A stretch of DNA of 124,000 nt from Wallemia ichthyophaga EXF-994. Lineage: Eukaryota; Fungi; Basidiomycota. The first letter of the stretch is position 1; every line of letters starts with the position of its first letter. A program made the translations under genes and the position numbers. Below are positions 49,660-62,941 of this stretch, in pieces. The notes beneath the pieces were generated by a model. That model saw only the letters and a program-made list of their open reading frames with translations, was not told where the DNA came from and made no database searches. The DNA lies in contig NW_008806276.1 in NCBI RefSeq assembly GCF_000400465.1, positions 20,001 through 144,000 on the forward strand, in the 5' to 3' direction.

Positions 49660-50010
49660 GCTTCGATTGTTTGTTAAGCTTATTGTACACTGTGTTCATG
49701 AATGATTCTATCATTGAACAAAGATATTAATTTTGAGTATTCAGCAAGGTGCTTTGTTCTTTACCCCGATAGGGCCTCTCGCTTATCAAGCTATTCCAAA
49801 AATAAAATCTTACTTATCCCAGCTGAGTTTGAACCCTTCAAGTTTGTCTCCTTTGTTCCACACTCTCACTACCGTAATTGATCCCTAAATCCGTCTTATC
49901 CACCTTATTTAACACAAGATACTTGACATGGACAAGCGAGATATCTAAGCGACCGTGACTATCTACCTATACAGTAATTCAAGACCACATCTAGCTCAAA
50001 TAACATCGGG

Positions 50011-51201
50011 ATGAAGTTGGAATTAGTCGCGATAGCTGCAATTATTCAGTTTGTCTTAGCGAAAGAGCCCTGGGATGACTTTAAGCATATCAAGGCATCG
50101 TTATTTGCTAATATAGTCACTTTTCACATTAAGAACACCATCATTGCTTGACGGACAAAAGTCAGAATTTTGATATTGCTGTTAATGGTATACCTTTTGA
50201 TACAAGCGTGTCATACTGAACAGGGGCCAGATTCGGACCGAATAGTGAGCCAATTCCCAAGCTCGAATATATTGCTGATTTGCTTAGGCATTAGTCAGGG
50301 ATCACGTCACCAAGACCCAGCAAATGCATGGTCGCACTTCTGGGAGGCCAACCCTTACGCGAAAGGGGTCAAAATTTTAGACTGTGGGGATATTCCAGTG
50401 ATTACAGTAGACAACCAGATGTCATAAAAAAGCACCGAAGCTGCGCACGACAATCTTCTCAATCGACCAACTGCAAGTAAGCATCTAAAGCATCCAATGC
50501 TACTCACATTTGGAGGTGACCACTCAATTGAGTTGCCAATTCTGCGTACTCTAAAAAAGGCGCGTAATCCGCGCTATTCATCGAAGTACATTTCCCGACA
50601 CTCATCTCTAGGTACACGGTCCTATATCGCTTATTCAGATCGACTCTCATATCGATACATGGTCTTCAGGCAAAAAGTATGGGTTCAGTGATAAGCACGA
50701 CACAGCACCTGTCTCTCATGGCAACATGCTTTGGCATGCGTCGGAGGAAAATTTGCTTACCTCGAGATCGATCCAAGCTGGAATAAGGACGCGTTTTACA
50801 AAAGAAAGGGATATTACAGATAATAAAGAGTTTGGTATAAAAATGATCACGATCGATGCTATAGATGAAATCGGTGCAAAGGGAATTGCAGATCAAATTA
50901 GAAAAAGGGTCGGCAATACGGCAGCCTATTTGACAATTGATATAGACTCAGTTGATCCTGCCTTTGCCGGCGCCACTGGAACACCCGAGCCTGGTGGGCT
51001 TACCACGCGCGAAGCCAAGACTATTTTAAGGAATCTGAAGGGTTTAAATTTTGTTGGGGCAGATATAGTCGAAGTTATTCACCATATGACGCTGGAAGTG
51101 AGCTAAGACAGATGGTCGCGGCTGATGTGGCACATGAAATTCTTCAATTACTGACTACGTCACCAATTATGGAATCCAGCGTAATTCACGATGAGTTGTG
51201 A
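50011..51201 (+). pseudogene. Agmatinase/ureohydrolase pseudogene with signal peptide and HDEL, copy 1
   Basis: GIPFDTSVSY*TGARFGP (stop where R is expected), GGDHSI, QAGIRT, TIDIDSVDPAFAGATGTPEPGG, GADIVEV. Ends IHDEL*. Further stops and frameshifts. Confidence 0.85.
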
Positions 51202-51698
51202 ATGCATTTAAATAAGCTTTCACTAATGATTTACGCTTCTAAAGGTCTCTTTTCGTATTTATTACATCACATAGCTAAGAAATGCACATCGATGCCCATA
51301 TTTTGCCACTTATACGACTTCCTACGAGCTTGTATGTCAAAAACAAGCAATCTAAATGCTGCTAAATTCAACACTTTCTATTCTCCATTTATTCAATGTC
51401 ATATATGGAACTATCACCAGGAACTCACCAGGAATTCACCGATTAGGAAGGAAGATAAAGATATCTAGGCACTTCATTATCAAACCTACATGCAAGAATA
51501 CTATCGCTTAATTTCCGTCGCTTAATTGACCTTCACATGATTTATTGACCAGAACATACAGTTGATAAGATGTCTGATAAGGCGTCGATAAGGATGAGGA
51601 TAAGTAGGGTCGTTTTTTCAATAACTCTTCTTTCACCAATGAATAAAGAAGAAAAAAGGAGCCTTCCATAAACTCAGCGTGTTTTTTTTTTTTTAACA

Positions 51699-53598
51699 AT
51701 GCCGAGCCGGAGTCTTCAACAAAAAGGGGCTCTCATACCAGCCGAAATCTGAATAGACGTCATATCCAAATTTACGGAATAGGTGGTGTGAGTTGAAAGA
51801 GAAAGGAAAGGATTGATTGCTGATCTAAAAAGGTTATTGGGACGGCGGTGATTGTCACACTAGGAGAACAGAACACAGAAGCAGGTGTGTTTGTCTCGCG
51901 TAAAAATAAAACCACTCAAAACTCACAGGACCGCTATTCTTGTTGCTGGCTTATACCTTCTGGAGCTGCATAATCTACATCGTGAATTAATGTGTAGCAG
52001 TGCCCACTTGTCGTCTACCAGTAGAGAATGATGCATTTGTGGATTTCGCTGGTAATTATATATCACCAGCGTTTGGTGTGTCTATTGGGTACAATTACTT
52101 TTTGTGCATGGTGAGAGCTATTGATTGAAGTGTAATCACGTAACAACATCTTCAGATAGGTCTTCTCTGCTTTGAAATTACAAACTTCGGAAACGCTATC
52201 AACTACTGGACCACAGAGCCATTACACCCGGCTATAATGGTATCTGCGAGTATTGCAGCTTATGTCCTCATACACTCATGGGACTCGAGATGGTTCGGGG
52301 AGTCAGAGTTTGTGGGTTAGTTTGGAGATATTGCTTATTTTCTAAAAGCTATGCAGTGGATCGTTATCTTGAAACTCTTATTGCTGGTAATGTGTGTATT
52401 GTATACTTTAGTCACTATGTGCGGCGGAAATCCCCTCAATGGCGCTTATGGATTCAGATATTGGCGCGACCCTGGTCCAATAGTGGGTAATACAGCTTTA
52501 ACGCAACTGCAGGCGTTTCTAGCAGCGCTTTTGGTGCCTCATTTGCCGTCGCAGGACCAGACATGCTCTCAATAATCTCTGGAGAAGCTAGAGATCCTCG
52601 TAGAGTGATGCCGATCGCATTCAGAACAGTATTTGTTTGGTTGTTTGTGTTCTTCATCCTTTCAACACTCGCTGTTGGTATTGTTATATCTTCAGAGGAT
52701 AAAATTTTACTCAACTCCATCAAGAACAACGGAGCTGGAGCTGCCCAATCACCTTACGGAGCTAGCATGATGAGGCTGAAGATCAAAAGGCTTCCTCATC
52801 TAGTTAACGCCTCGATTACTACTAGCATTTTTAGTGCTGGATCAGCATTCTTTTTCAATTCATTACGTACACTGCACGGCTTGGCTGTTCAAGGGTTTGG
52901 CCCAGTTATCTTTAAACGTGTAAATAGAAATGGTGTTCCCTACGCAACGATTTTTGTTACAACGGCTTTCGCCTGCTTGAGCTACTTGAAAATTGGTAAT
53001 GGTAGCTCGAAGGTCCTCGATTGGTTCATTGGTGAGCGTCAGAAACACAAAGCTATTTCAACTGCTGACATGAGATCAAGGTATCTCTACCGCTGCGCAA
53101 CTGATCACTTGATGCGTTATTTGTGTAACATATTTGCGCTGGGAGAAGGCGATGAAGGTGCAAAGTTTGTGGGAGACTGAAAATTTAAATTATCGCTCTA
53201 AGCTCATGCCTTATGGTGCTTGGTGAGTTTACTGAGTCTTTGTCGTACCGGTAAGCTGACGTAGCCGAGGTTTGCTCTATTTTGCGCAACGGCAGTGACG
53301 TTAATAAACGGCTATACGGTTTTCTAGATGGAAACTGGGATATTGCTGACTTGTGTGTTGGAATTTGGAATTCTTGCCAAACTAATACCACATCAGCTTC
53401 TTTACTTACTTCTCACCGATATGCTTCGTGGTGCTTGGTGTTGGATATAGTGTGATCAAGAAAGAGGGGCTGGTTAGTCCTGACAAGGCAGACTTTTTCA
53501 CCGAGATGAAGGAGATCGACGAACACGAGAATTCACTGCTTGCACAAGAGGAGGAGAAACCTTTTTCAGCGAAGAAGGCTATTAATTGGATTCTTTAG
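51699..53598 (+). pseudogene. Amino-acid permease (APC/YAT family), probable pseudogene
   Basis: LPVE..PAFGVSIGYNY, CGGNP..GFRYWRDPG, GEARDPRR, LPHLVNA..TSIFSAG..SLRTLHGLA, RNGVPY. Frameshift near 52530 and stops downstream. Confidence 0.75.
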
Positions 53599-54255
53599 TG
53601 TTTTCCGTTGATTTTATTATACGCTTTTTGTATTCTTTTAAATAATTTCGAAGAGTGTCACTATACTCAAAAAGATAGTCAGTTCGTCCTCAAAATTGCT
53701 TACACTTCCGATTGTTAAGAGGAAGAACTGATTAAGAGGTGATCAAATAGACTAAGTTCCGAGTCAATTGAGAATTTAGAGATGTTTGACTACTTCAATC
53801 TCTCAAAAAAGCACGCGCACACTCTACTCGAAAATGAGACCCGACGAAATAAAAGTCTGTGAAAATTCGCTACACAAGAAGGGCAAGGAAAAGCTTCCAC
53901 TTATTTAGCCGGATGAGAGAAATTATAAGAGGGAGCAATTACGTCAGACAGAATATCATTGGAGACGAGTGAGGGCTTGTGACCTCTGGAGATTGTTCTA
54001 AACATAAAATATGCGGTTGGCTAATCTGCAAGTGTCTTCCAGCTGGTTCAAAAATCATTGTATCCAAAAGTAAGATAGTTCAAAACATTCTCCTTCCTAG
54101 AACTTATGCAGAATCTCCGCTTACGTTAAAATACTCACCGGACAAGTCGCACGCTCATCGGTCAAGATTACTGGAATATTTACTGATTCTGCACGAGACG
54201 CAAATTATCACTTTAAAGTATGTAAAATGACCGAAATTAAGACAATAATCTCAAA

Positions 54256-56064
54256 TTACATTTCATTGAAAGTGCTGAGGTTCATCCAGCACGTTTCATC
54301 AGTCGCCGTGAACGAACTTCCTGATAGGAGAGTATACTCATCAAATTCGGACATGTCCAGAGCAGATACAGGCTCTGGCAATATCCAGTTCAATGGGGGC
54401 GCTTGTTTTGGAGTTTGTGTTTGCTTCTCTGTTTCACTCAAATCCAAACCAATCTTCCTAGCTTCGTCTTCTAATTTTTTGAGCTGATTCGTGTAAGTAC
54501 AGGCTCAAACATTAAGCGATACCTACAAATCCATGTGCGGCGGTACACAATTGCTCGTGATCTTGAAAAATCTCACTATGGTCAAGAGCTCATTCTCTAT
54601 AGTACTAACAGCCTGAATGTCTAAATTCTTAGCAGCTTCAATGTAAGCACCGACAAGAATGGACGCCGAGCTGCTGTATGTTGTGAAAATCATGCTAGGC
54701 AGCCGCGTCAAATCGTAGGTGGTAGCCATTAACTTGTGAAGAGAGTTGATTGCCACGCGCGAGTAAAAGAGTAGTCTAGATTGCGAAAGCTTCTCGCTAT
54801 TGAATTGCGAATGTAGGCTAAGCATGCACTTAGCAGCGATCATATGCGCCATCAAATTGTCAATATCAAGACCATCCTCATCCACGCGAACTGGATCAGA
54901 GTATTTCGAAGGAAAGCTCTGCCTGAATGTTTGTATTAAAGTATCCAACTCTCCAAATGACACTAATTGACTGCCTGACGTCAAACACAACGCTTGAACG
55001 TCGTAAAAACTTCTCAAGTGAAAGTCATTAACTCTCCCCATCAGTACGAGGGCCTTAATGAGTAGTGACAGTCCATCACCTAGATGTTGGATAAAAAAAT
55101 TGGGCGAGTACACGTACTCAGTACTTTTCGCTATTCGACTCGTGAAAGTGCTATTCTTGAAAGCTTTCAAAGTGCAAGGTAGCGGAGTAAACAAATGGCC
55201 TTCTTGAATTATACTCGGGTTTATGCCAGTATCTAGTGTAAACAGCTGGTCGATTATGTAGGCCTTGAAAAACAGCCGCCTTCGTTGCTCAACCTCTAAA
55301 TCACTGCCTGCGGCTGTCAAATACCACTTCCTAGGATAATCTGTGTCATGATTGAGTGAAAATGCTATTACTCCTCGAGCAGCGAAGGCTACCGGAAAAA
55401 ACAAGTCGGCTTTGTTACCAATTGAAAAAAGGTGTTGACTTATTATTATAGCGGCATGTATTCGCTCTAGCACAAACATCAGCCCAGGCGATTGGCCATC
55501 TTCGTTCAGCTTCTCTAGGGCTAGCGCGGTGTGTTTTTCGGAAGGATCTTTGTTAGGAAGATGTTGGAATGCGATAGCGAATACGGCGTGACAGAGTGCT
55601 TTGCAGGGGAATTTCGGTGAGGTTGGGGGTAGATGCATCAGTCTAGTTTCGAATGACTGTCTGGGAAGATCACTTGCAGCGAAAGGCGAACACGCGTAAA
55701 ATGTAGATATCAGGTAGCTAACCATATCTTTAGGTGGGAAATCTTTTGGCCAATTTGACGTTGTAATTTTGAGCGGTTCAGCGGAGGTAGATGGCATGCT
55801 ACTGCTATTACTATTGCTGTTGCTGCTATCTATTTTCACTCTCTCCAGCTTATCCTCCAGTTCTCTGATTCTGTCTTCGTAAGCCCGCAGCTTAGTCGCC
55901 CTCCTAGCTGACTGCCGCGATTCATTATCGTAAATGCATTCTAATCCACCGCTCCTGACGCAATTCGAGCAGATTGGTTTGACGGCATCGCAGCGCATCT
56001 TCTTCCTACGGCAAGCGAGGCATGCTGAGCCTTTCGGTAGCGTGTCCGATTGTGCTTTAGGCAT
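54256..56064 (-). CDS. Zn2Cys6 transcription factor with fungal-specific TF domain
   Basis: ACLACRRKKMRCDAVKPICSNCVRSGGLECIY, EQRRRLFFKAYIID. One 3' intron. Confidence 0.88.
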
Positions 56065-56185
56065 CTAATTGGTTGAGATTAAAAAGCCAGGAATGATGAA
56101 ATGTGACTTCTTATCTGCATCGATTGCGTAAAATTATACAAGTGAAAATGAGAAATTTAAATGAAAATTAATTGTTATTGAAAAA

Positions 56186-57181
56186 TTATGACTCAGTCTT
56201 GCCATCTTCAATTTGAAATCCTGTGTTTGATTTCTTCATACTGATTGTACGTGATGGCCAAATCAGCCAGACGCTGATAGCCAGTAGCATCGGTGCCGCG
56301 TCAAACACGAAAAAGCAGGCTTCGCTCTTTTGCACGGAATTTCCCTCACCACCGCTCAACTCTATGACTCGGTAAACGAGGCGGACCAGTATGAAGAATG
56401 AGCTAGTTGCGAGCAGTATTAGTACTTTGTCGATATTTCTGCCAACGGCTGTACTTCTCAAGTTTGGAACTCTACGGAATCGACAGTCTGTGACGATCGC
56501 TATAAAGCACAGATAAGATATAAGCTGCGCAATCATTCCAGCTAGCGTCAACTTGTTACCGTTGCTGCGTTGGTCGGATGAGATCTCCATGAGTTGCCCC
56601 GCAAATTGTGCTAAGAATGTGGTAATATCCGACCAGACAAATATATGCTTAATCGTTCGTGGAGATGCGATGGTGACACTGCCTTTCGATATGCGACTGT
56701 CATTCTTTAGGTTGTGAGAGATGCGACCGAAGACCAGATAGTTGAAAGCCAGATACGCGACCGGCGCGACCAAGATGAAGACGTCTCCCGCAATAAACAA
56801 GCCTGGTAAGTCGTGTCAGTCTTCCTTTGTTGTATTATGTTGATGTCCCACCCATCGACATCGTTTCTGCAAAACGAATCTTATTCGGATACCCAACTCC
56901 CTCGAATAGCGCACCGATAGGTAAACAGAGTGCCCACCAATCTTTATGCATACACACGAGCACTGTAAATGCGACAGCAAGAAGAAGGTAGAGTGCACAA
57001 AACAAGTAATGAGCCCCTGGCGTAGGCTCAAAGGCTTAAATTGGTTTGAGAGGGTATAATTTGTTAACAGTAACCTACGAACAAATATATCTTTGTATTC
57101 TTCAATGGGCTGCTGTGCAGATGCAAATTGGAAAATCAGGCCCAGAAATAGCAGTTTAATGAAGAATTTAGGTATTATCAT
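56186..57181 (-). CDS. RTA1/Rsb1-like 7TM protein
   Basis: FILVAPVAYLAFNYLVFGRI, IFVWSDITTFLAQ, ILVRLVYRVIEL, EACFFVFDAAPMLLA. 5' structure uncertain. Confidence 0.8.
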
Positions 57182-58828
57182 TGCTTTTCAGGTCGAAAAT
57201 ATTTAATAGTATTAAAAAGGACAATATATGGCGTTTATTGAGCGATTGAGAATTTTCATCATCATCGGTCTAACTTTTGCCGTCCAAATTTGACTGGTTA
57301 ATGAGACAAGCACAGCTTTGAAGTAACTTCGGCTTAACATTCACCGGCTCTGCTGATGTCATTGCAACATAAAGTTGAGTTTAATTAGAGATTTTGCAAG
57401 TGACGAAAATAACGACAATATGGATGAAAATTGAGCTTTGTATGGCTTTTTTATATACATTTTACAATCATAATGTTCTTAATGCAGTGTTTTGTTGCTG
57501 GATGAGTGAATAAAGGAAACGCGTCTAGCTATTGAAGGCGCTGAGAGCTATTTTGTCTATTTGAGAAGAGTAAGTCACATGTAAGCATAATCCTGGTGCT
57601 TTTTCTATGTCCGTGCTTTCTATCTGCCTATTCTCTCTGATAAGCAGAAGTCCCCACCAGCTGAACATGATGTTAGCCGTTAATCAAGCATGACAATGCT
57701 GCCACTCACATATATGCAATGATTGTAGAGATGAAGCAAAACTGCTTTTATCAGCGAATCAGAATGATTTCATCGAAGCACTCCTCACAAGAACAGCCAA
57801 ATCGAGAAGAACGTTGAGTAGAGTTGATGTGGAGATGTTTCCGATGAGAAGGGCGGTAAAGGTTGATGGGAGGAAGGTTGCTGAGCTGTTTATTAAACGC
57901 CATTGAGCAGTTAAATCAGCGCACCAATCAAGCCCTCGAGTAAATTAACACGATTTTCGAACATTAAAAAGTTAGATGCTGCACTTCAAGACATATCTTA
58001 CAAGTCGCAGTCATAGCCGGTGCTTCAGGCACCTTATCAACTCTTGTGATTACCTAAAATAGCTTGAGCTTGAATCGAGTTTATATTATGCCTTTAGTTA
58101 TAGAAGAAGTTAGTAAATACTCCTTCACATATTTATAGATACAACTTCTACTCTCAAACCACTACTAAACACTAGCTTACCATTTTCCGCCTCGTGACCT
58201 TGAGGTGCGAGACATTCAGCGGATTGATGGAGCGTCTTGAAACAACGGCGAGAAAGCGGGATATTCATGTTCATAGGTACGGTTATTCCCCGTATTAGTT
58301 AGAGCGCTTCAAGGCGCTTCATACGAGGGGCTAGAGATGGAAGACGGGATCCTCATACTATACTCGACGTTCTGTTGCTATTCTGTTCACCTCTCATACA
58401 TCAATGCAGCCATAATTTATAATTTAGGAGTGTTTCACAACCTCTTTTATACAATATACGCTCACTTCAGCGCAAAGGATCTTTACAGCTGCATGACTAC
58501 CATTCAAATGTATACTCAACACTTTCGGAAGTTCAGAGAGTGTAATACTTTGCTTGTGCCTCATTTCCTGCCTATGATGTCAATTTCACTGCTACTATCG
58601 CCCAGATGCAATCGATTATGTTGATTCTACACCAATTAGACGCACCACGAGAAGGCCATTTTGATCTGCTTTCACTCCACTCTACTCAAAGGATGTGCCT
58701 ATTTCGACACTGACAAGCTCGCGTCGATATACTGCGCCTCCTTTGACGCGAAGTATCATTCCTTGGTCGAGTGTATAAATAAGGCTGTTCTTTTTCACTA
58801 TCTCTCATCCCGCTTCTGCCACTTAAGT

Positions 58829-59200
58829 ATGAAGTTTCCAGTCACTTTAGTTCTATTAGTCGCTGTTCTTTGTTGTCTTGTCGAAGCAGCCAAGCGCCGG
58901 GGGTACAATAGAGGCATCCTCGACAAGAAAGGTATGATGCAAAAGAGAGGTATCCTCGGTAAGAAGGAATTTGGCAAGAGATACATCCTCGATAAGAGCG
59001 AATACGTCAAGAGAGGCGGATTGACTGATATCCTGGACAAGAGAGATATCTACCGCAGACAAGAAAATAATTACGACTTCGACGAACTGACAGACATGAA
59101 GAGGGGTATCCTCAGTCGTCAAGATAACGATGACCTCGAGGAACTTTCAGCCATCAAGAGAGAGATTCTCAAGCGTCAAGATGATGAAACGCTCGAATGA
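58829..59200 (+). CDS. Secreted Kex2-type repeat peptide precursor, copy 2
   Basis: Protein identical to 46245-46616. Confidence 0.75.
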   Translation: MKFPVTLVLLVAVLCCLVEAAKRRGYNRGILDKKGMMQKRGILGKKEFGKRYILDKSEYVKRGGLTDILDKRDIYRRQENNYDFDELTDMKRGILSRQDNDDLEELSAIKREILKRQDDETLE

Positions 59201-59385
59201 CTAGCTATTGGGTAAATATCAGGTCCACTCGCCATATTTTTAATATGATTCTCTGAATTCACGATTGTATGTTTTAGAAATAAATGTTGTTTACTGTAAT
59301 TAATGAAAGACATTAAAGATATCAGAGGGGTATATAAATAATCTAAAAGAGTGCAATAGCACTGACCGGACTCGCCTTGAAGGCG

Positions 59386-59703
59386 TCAGTACGAGAGCGA
59401 GTATTGATTAGTGTGTTTGAAATCATAGACCATTACGCTGAGCTCGTAGATGTAGTCGTTGAGGTCGTCGCGCTCCTGCTTCAATTGCTTGTTGAAACTT
59501 CTCAAGTACTCAACTTCAGCTTTCAAGGAGGATTGCAAGCGTTGACGTTCGCCGTGCCGAGTATTGCAGCAGAGATGCAGAGACTCCGCCTCATTCTTAG
59601 TAATTTCTGAGCCAGAGACATCGCGTACAATGTCTATTCCTGTTAGCAAGTGCTGATATAGATCACAATCAATCGTCTTACTTTTCTCGCTTTTTTGGAT
59701 CAT
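59386..59703 (-). CDS. Hypothetical small coiled-coil protein, copy 2
   Basis: Identical to 46802-47119. Confidence 0.4.
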   Translation of the reverse strand: MIQKSEKSKTIDCDLYQHLLTGIDIVRDVSGSEITKNEAESLHLCCNTRHGERQRLQSSLKAEVEYLRSFNKQLKQERDDLNDYIYELSVMVYDFKHTNQYSLSY

Positions 59704-59947
59704 TTATGCAGTGAGGATATAAGAGGAGAAGAAACTGAGTAGACTCTGCACGGACTGCGTGGTCCCGCTCGGAATCCGCTCATACGAATCTAGGGTGGTG
59801 AAAATCCGTGCCTGGAAACATCACAAGTATGTTTCCGGTAACAGTCGATGTTAAGCCTTCCTCAAACACTTGCAGATAAATGTTCAAGTAATATTGCGTG
59901 TATTATCTATCAACATCTCTATCAAGCTACTTATTACGAAGACATGA

Positions 59948-60288
59948 TCAGCTATCCTGCCTCTCGAGCTCATCTAGTACCTTGTACGCTCCCTTCTCTT
60001 CCAATGCCTTGATGAAAAGGATCCGTGCCATCTCGTCGTCCCCGAAGCGATGGAGCTTAAGCACCTCATTTCGGTAGTCAGGCCTAACTCCGAAAAGAGC
60101 GTGTGCAGCTGTATCCGTATCCAGCGAGAAGTTTGCGTTTGAGTGGGAGCGTGAATAACTACCAAAAGCACTCTTGATGTCGAGCATGTCAGGTTGATCT
60201 TCTTCGATAGCAAAATTAAACTTACAGATACCGGAGCAGCAAGCACAGAGCCTAAAACTATCCCAGTAAAGGCTGCTGCAAGCTTCAT
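59948..60288 (-). CDS. Small secreted protein, copy 2
   Basis: Identical to 47364-47704. Confidence 0.65.
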
Positions 60289-60483
60289 GAGTTGAAGATG
60301 TGGCGGATGTAAGTTCTCGCTGAGCAAAAGCTCCCGAGGGGGAAGCTTTCGGGTAAAAGCATACGCTAGCTCTTCTAATAATTTTAAATGATGATGTCAT
60401 TTAATAATTAGGAGCATAAAGAGTCGTAAATGGCTATCATTGTATTATCGTAAATATTGGCACATTTCAATTACATCAAAGAA

Positions 60484-61092
60484 TCAAATATTATCCCCCG
60501 CATGTTCCGTGAAGAACTGGAATCTTGCAATCCCTTCAATATCTAGCTTACCTTCGAAAAATAACTGACTACCTCCGCAAGGACTTTTGCTCAAATCAAT
60601 AGTCTTATCTGAGTGATCATTAAGTACGGCGTATCCATGCCAACTATCGTCAAACTTTTGCTTTATACATTTAGTAGACCCCCTCGGTTTCTCGTTTGTT
60701 AACTTGTGGTTCATCGCACTTGATATCTTTTCCAAATGTGGATACTTGGTACATGAATTTTCGACGTGGAATTTGTAAGTGTTGTCTGATATTGCCGTTT
60801 CAATCACATTACATCTATATGTATACCAATCATAGATGGCAATGCCACTGTCATACGCAGCTCTCAGACCAAATGACAAGATTCCGATAGAGAACCAGAT
60901 TGGAACCTGATGCGTTGGAGAGCTATTGACAGGCAAATATTTAGGAAAAACCACGCGCATACTTTGAGATATAGAGTAAAAAATAGAAACATTTTCGAAT
61001 GTCAAGCATTCATTATGAATGAAGTAGTTAGTGATAAGCTTGAGAAATAATGCTGCGCAATTGATGGCTATGACTTTGTGAATCGTTACCAT
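60484..61092 (-). CDS. Css2/killer-toxin-like secreted protein, copy 2 (divergent C-terminal part)
   Basis: N-terminal ~123 aa identical to copy 1, then 14 substitutions in the next 61 aa and a different tail. Confidence 0.55.
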   Translation of the reverse strand: MVTIHKVIAINCAALFLKLITNYFIHNECLTFENVSIFYSISQSMRVVFPKYLPVNSSPTHQVPIWFSIGILSFGLRAAYDSGIAIYDWYTYRCNVIETAISDNTYKFHVENSCTKYPHLEKISSAMNHKLTNEKPRGSTKCIKQKFDDSWHGYAVLNDHSDKTIDLSKSPCGGSQLFFEGKLDIEGIARFQFFTEHAGDNI

Positions 61093-61524
61093 ATGATGAG
61101 AGTTGAGAGGATAGGACGCGACAGTGGATAGGCTGCTCGAAAGATTTCAATAATGATAACATTTCGTCTTTGACATTAATTCTGATTACTTACTGAACAC
61201 CCACTTCCAACTCCCAAACCTCTAGATGAGACGCTTCAATTTTAAACTTAGAATTCCATAAACCGTAATTGTTTATTCAATTTACTTGAAGCTCCTCCGG
61301 CTGAAACTTTGTGTCATTTTGTCTACGACAACAGGAAACGCCCAATATTGAGACAATGACGCATTAAAGTACACGCCTTTTTATTTGTTTACAAGCTTCA
61401 GCCGAATCACTTGGCAGTTTCATTAAATGACGAGATGTGATGATAGAAGTGAGAAACATCAGCCCAGCTGGCTTTATAAGAAGCGCTATATCTTTCTTTC
61501 TTCTTCACAACTAAGAAAATTGAA

Positions 61525-62941
61525 ATGTACTTCAACAACGTCAAAGCTCTCGCCGTTCTCGCCTTTACTAGCGCCATCGTATTAGTAGCCGCTGCACCTA
61601 ACCCAGCTGGCAACATCTCGTATCGCGGAGATGTAGGAGATGTCGGTCACAAGAATGAAAACTCTGAAAAGGGTGTGGATGCCAAGAACAACGATAATTA
61701 CGACAAATACGATAAGCAAGACAAGGAATCTCACGAAGAGGCGCTCAAGAAGCACAGCAAAGAGGTCGAAAAGCAGAAAATGCTGACGAAAGAAGCTGCC
61801 GAAAAGAACAAAGCAAATGACAAGGTTGGTAATGACGAAGCTTGCTGAAAATTGGCTTACACAGTAATAGAACCAGAAGACAGACGAGTACTGGAAGGGT
61901 GAGAAGAAAGATGACAACACGTACGACAACAAGTCTGGTAATAAGAAGCAAGACAATCAGTACGACACCAGTAAGAAACAAGATTCTGGCAAGCACGATA
62001 CCGACATGAAACAAGAGCACTACAACGACAAAAAGCAAGACAATCACTACGACACCAGTAAGAAACAAGATTCTGGCAAGCACGATACCGACATGAAACA
62101 AGAGCACTACAACGACAAAAAGCAAGACAATCACTACGACACCAGTAAGAAACAAGATTCTGGCAAGCACGATACCGACATGAAACAAGAGCACTACAAC
62201 GACAAAAAGCAAGACAATCACTACGACACCAGTAAGAAACAAGATTCTGGCAAGCACGATACCGACATGAAACAAGAGCACTACAACGACAAAAAGCAAG
62301 ACAATCACTACGACACCAGTAAGAAACAAGATTCTGGCAAGCACGATACCGACATGAAACAAGAGCACTACAACGACAAAAAGCAAGACAATCACTACGA
62401 CACCAGTAAGAAACAAGATTCTGGCAAGCACGATACCGACATGAAACAAGAGCACTACAACGACAAAAAGCAAGACAATCACTACGACACCAGTAAGAAA
62501 CAAGATTCTGGCAAGCACGATACCGACATGAAACAAGAGCACTACAACGACAAAAAGCAAGACAATCACTACGACACCAGTAAGAAACAAGATTCTGGCA
62601 AGCACGATACCGACATGAAACAAGAGCACTACAACGACAAAAAGCAAGACAATCACTACGACACCAGTAAGAAACAAGATTCTGGCAAGCACGATACCGA
62701 CATGAAACAAGAGCACTACAACGACAAAAAGCAAGACAATCACTACGACACCAGTAAGAAACAAGATTCTGGCAAGCACGATACCGACATGAAACAAGAG
62801 CACTACAACGACAAAAAGCAAGACAATCACTACGACACCAGTAAGAAACAAGATTCTGGCAAGCACGATACCGACATGAAACAAGAACACGACAACGACA
62901 AGAAGCAAGACAATCATTACGATACCGACAAGAAAGACTAA
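61525..62941 (+). CDS. Secreted K/D/H/Y-rich repeat protein, copy 2 (10 full units)
   Basis: Same signal exon and intron as copy 1. ORF 62006-62941 = 10 x 29 + 21 aa. Confidence 0.85.
61946..62938 (+). repeat. 87-bp coding VNTR, copy 2 (expanded)
   Basis: Perfect tandem units, 696 bp (8 x 87) longer than copy 1. Confidence 0.97.

Larger units (their letters stand above)
46000..52251. repeat. Segmental duplication, copy 1
   Basis: Near-identical to 58584-65533. Offsets are 12584, then 12586, then 13282 after the VNTR. The flank ~44960-46000 is a clearly diverged match to ~57570-58584. Confidence 0.95.

Noticed and set aside
61946-62938. VNTR as a CRISPR-like array
   Set aside because: Units are contiguous and identical with no unique spacers, lie in frame in a spliced eukaryotic gene, and there are no cas genes.
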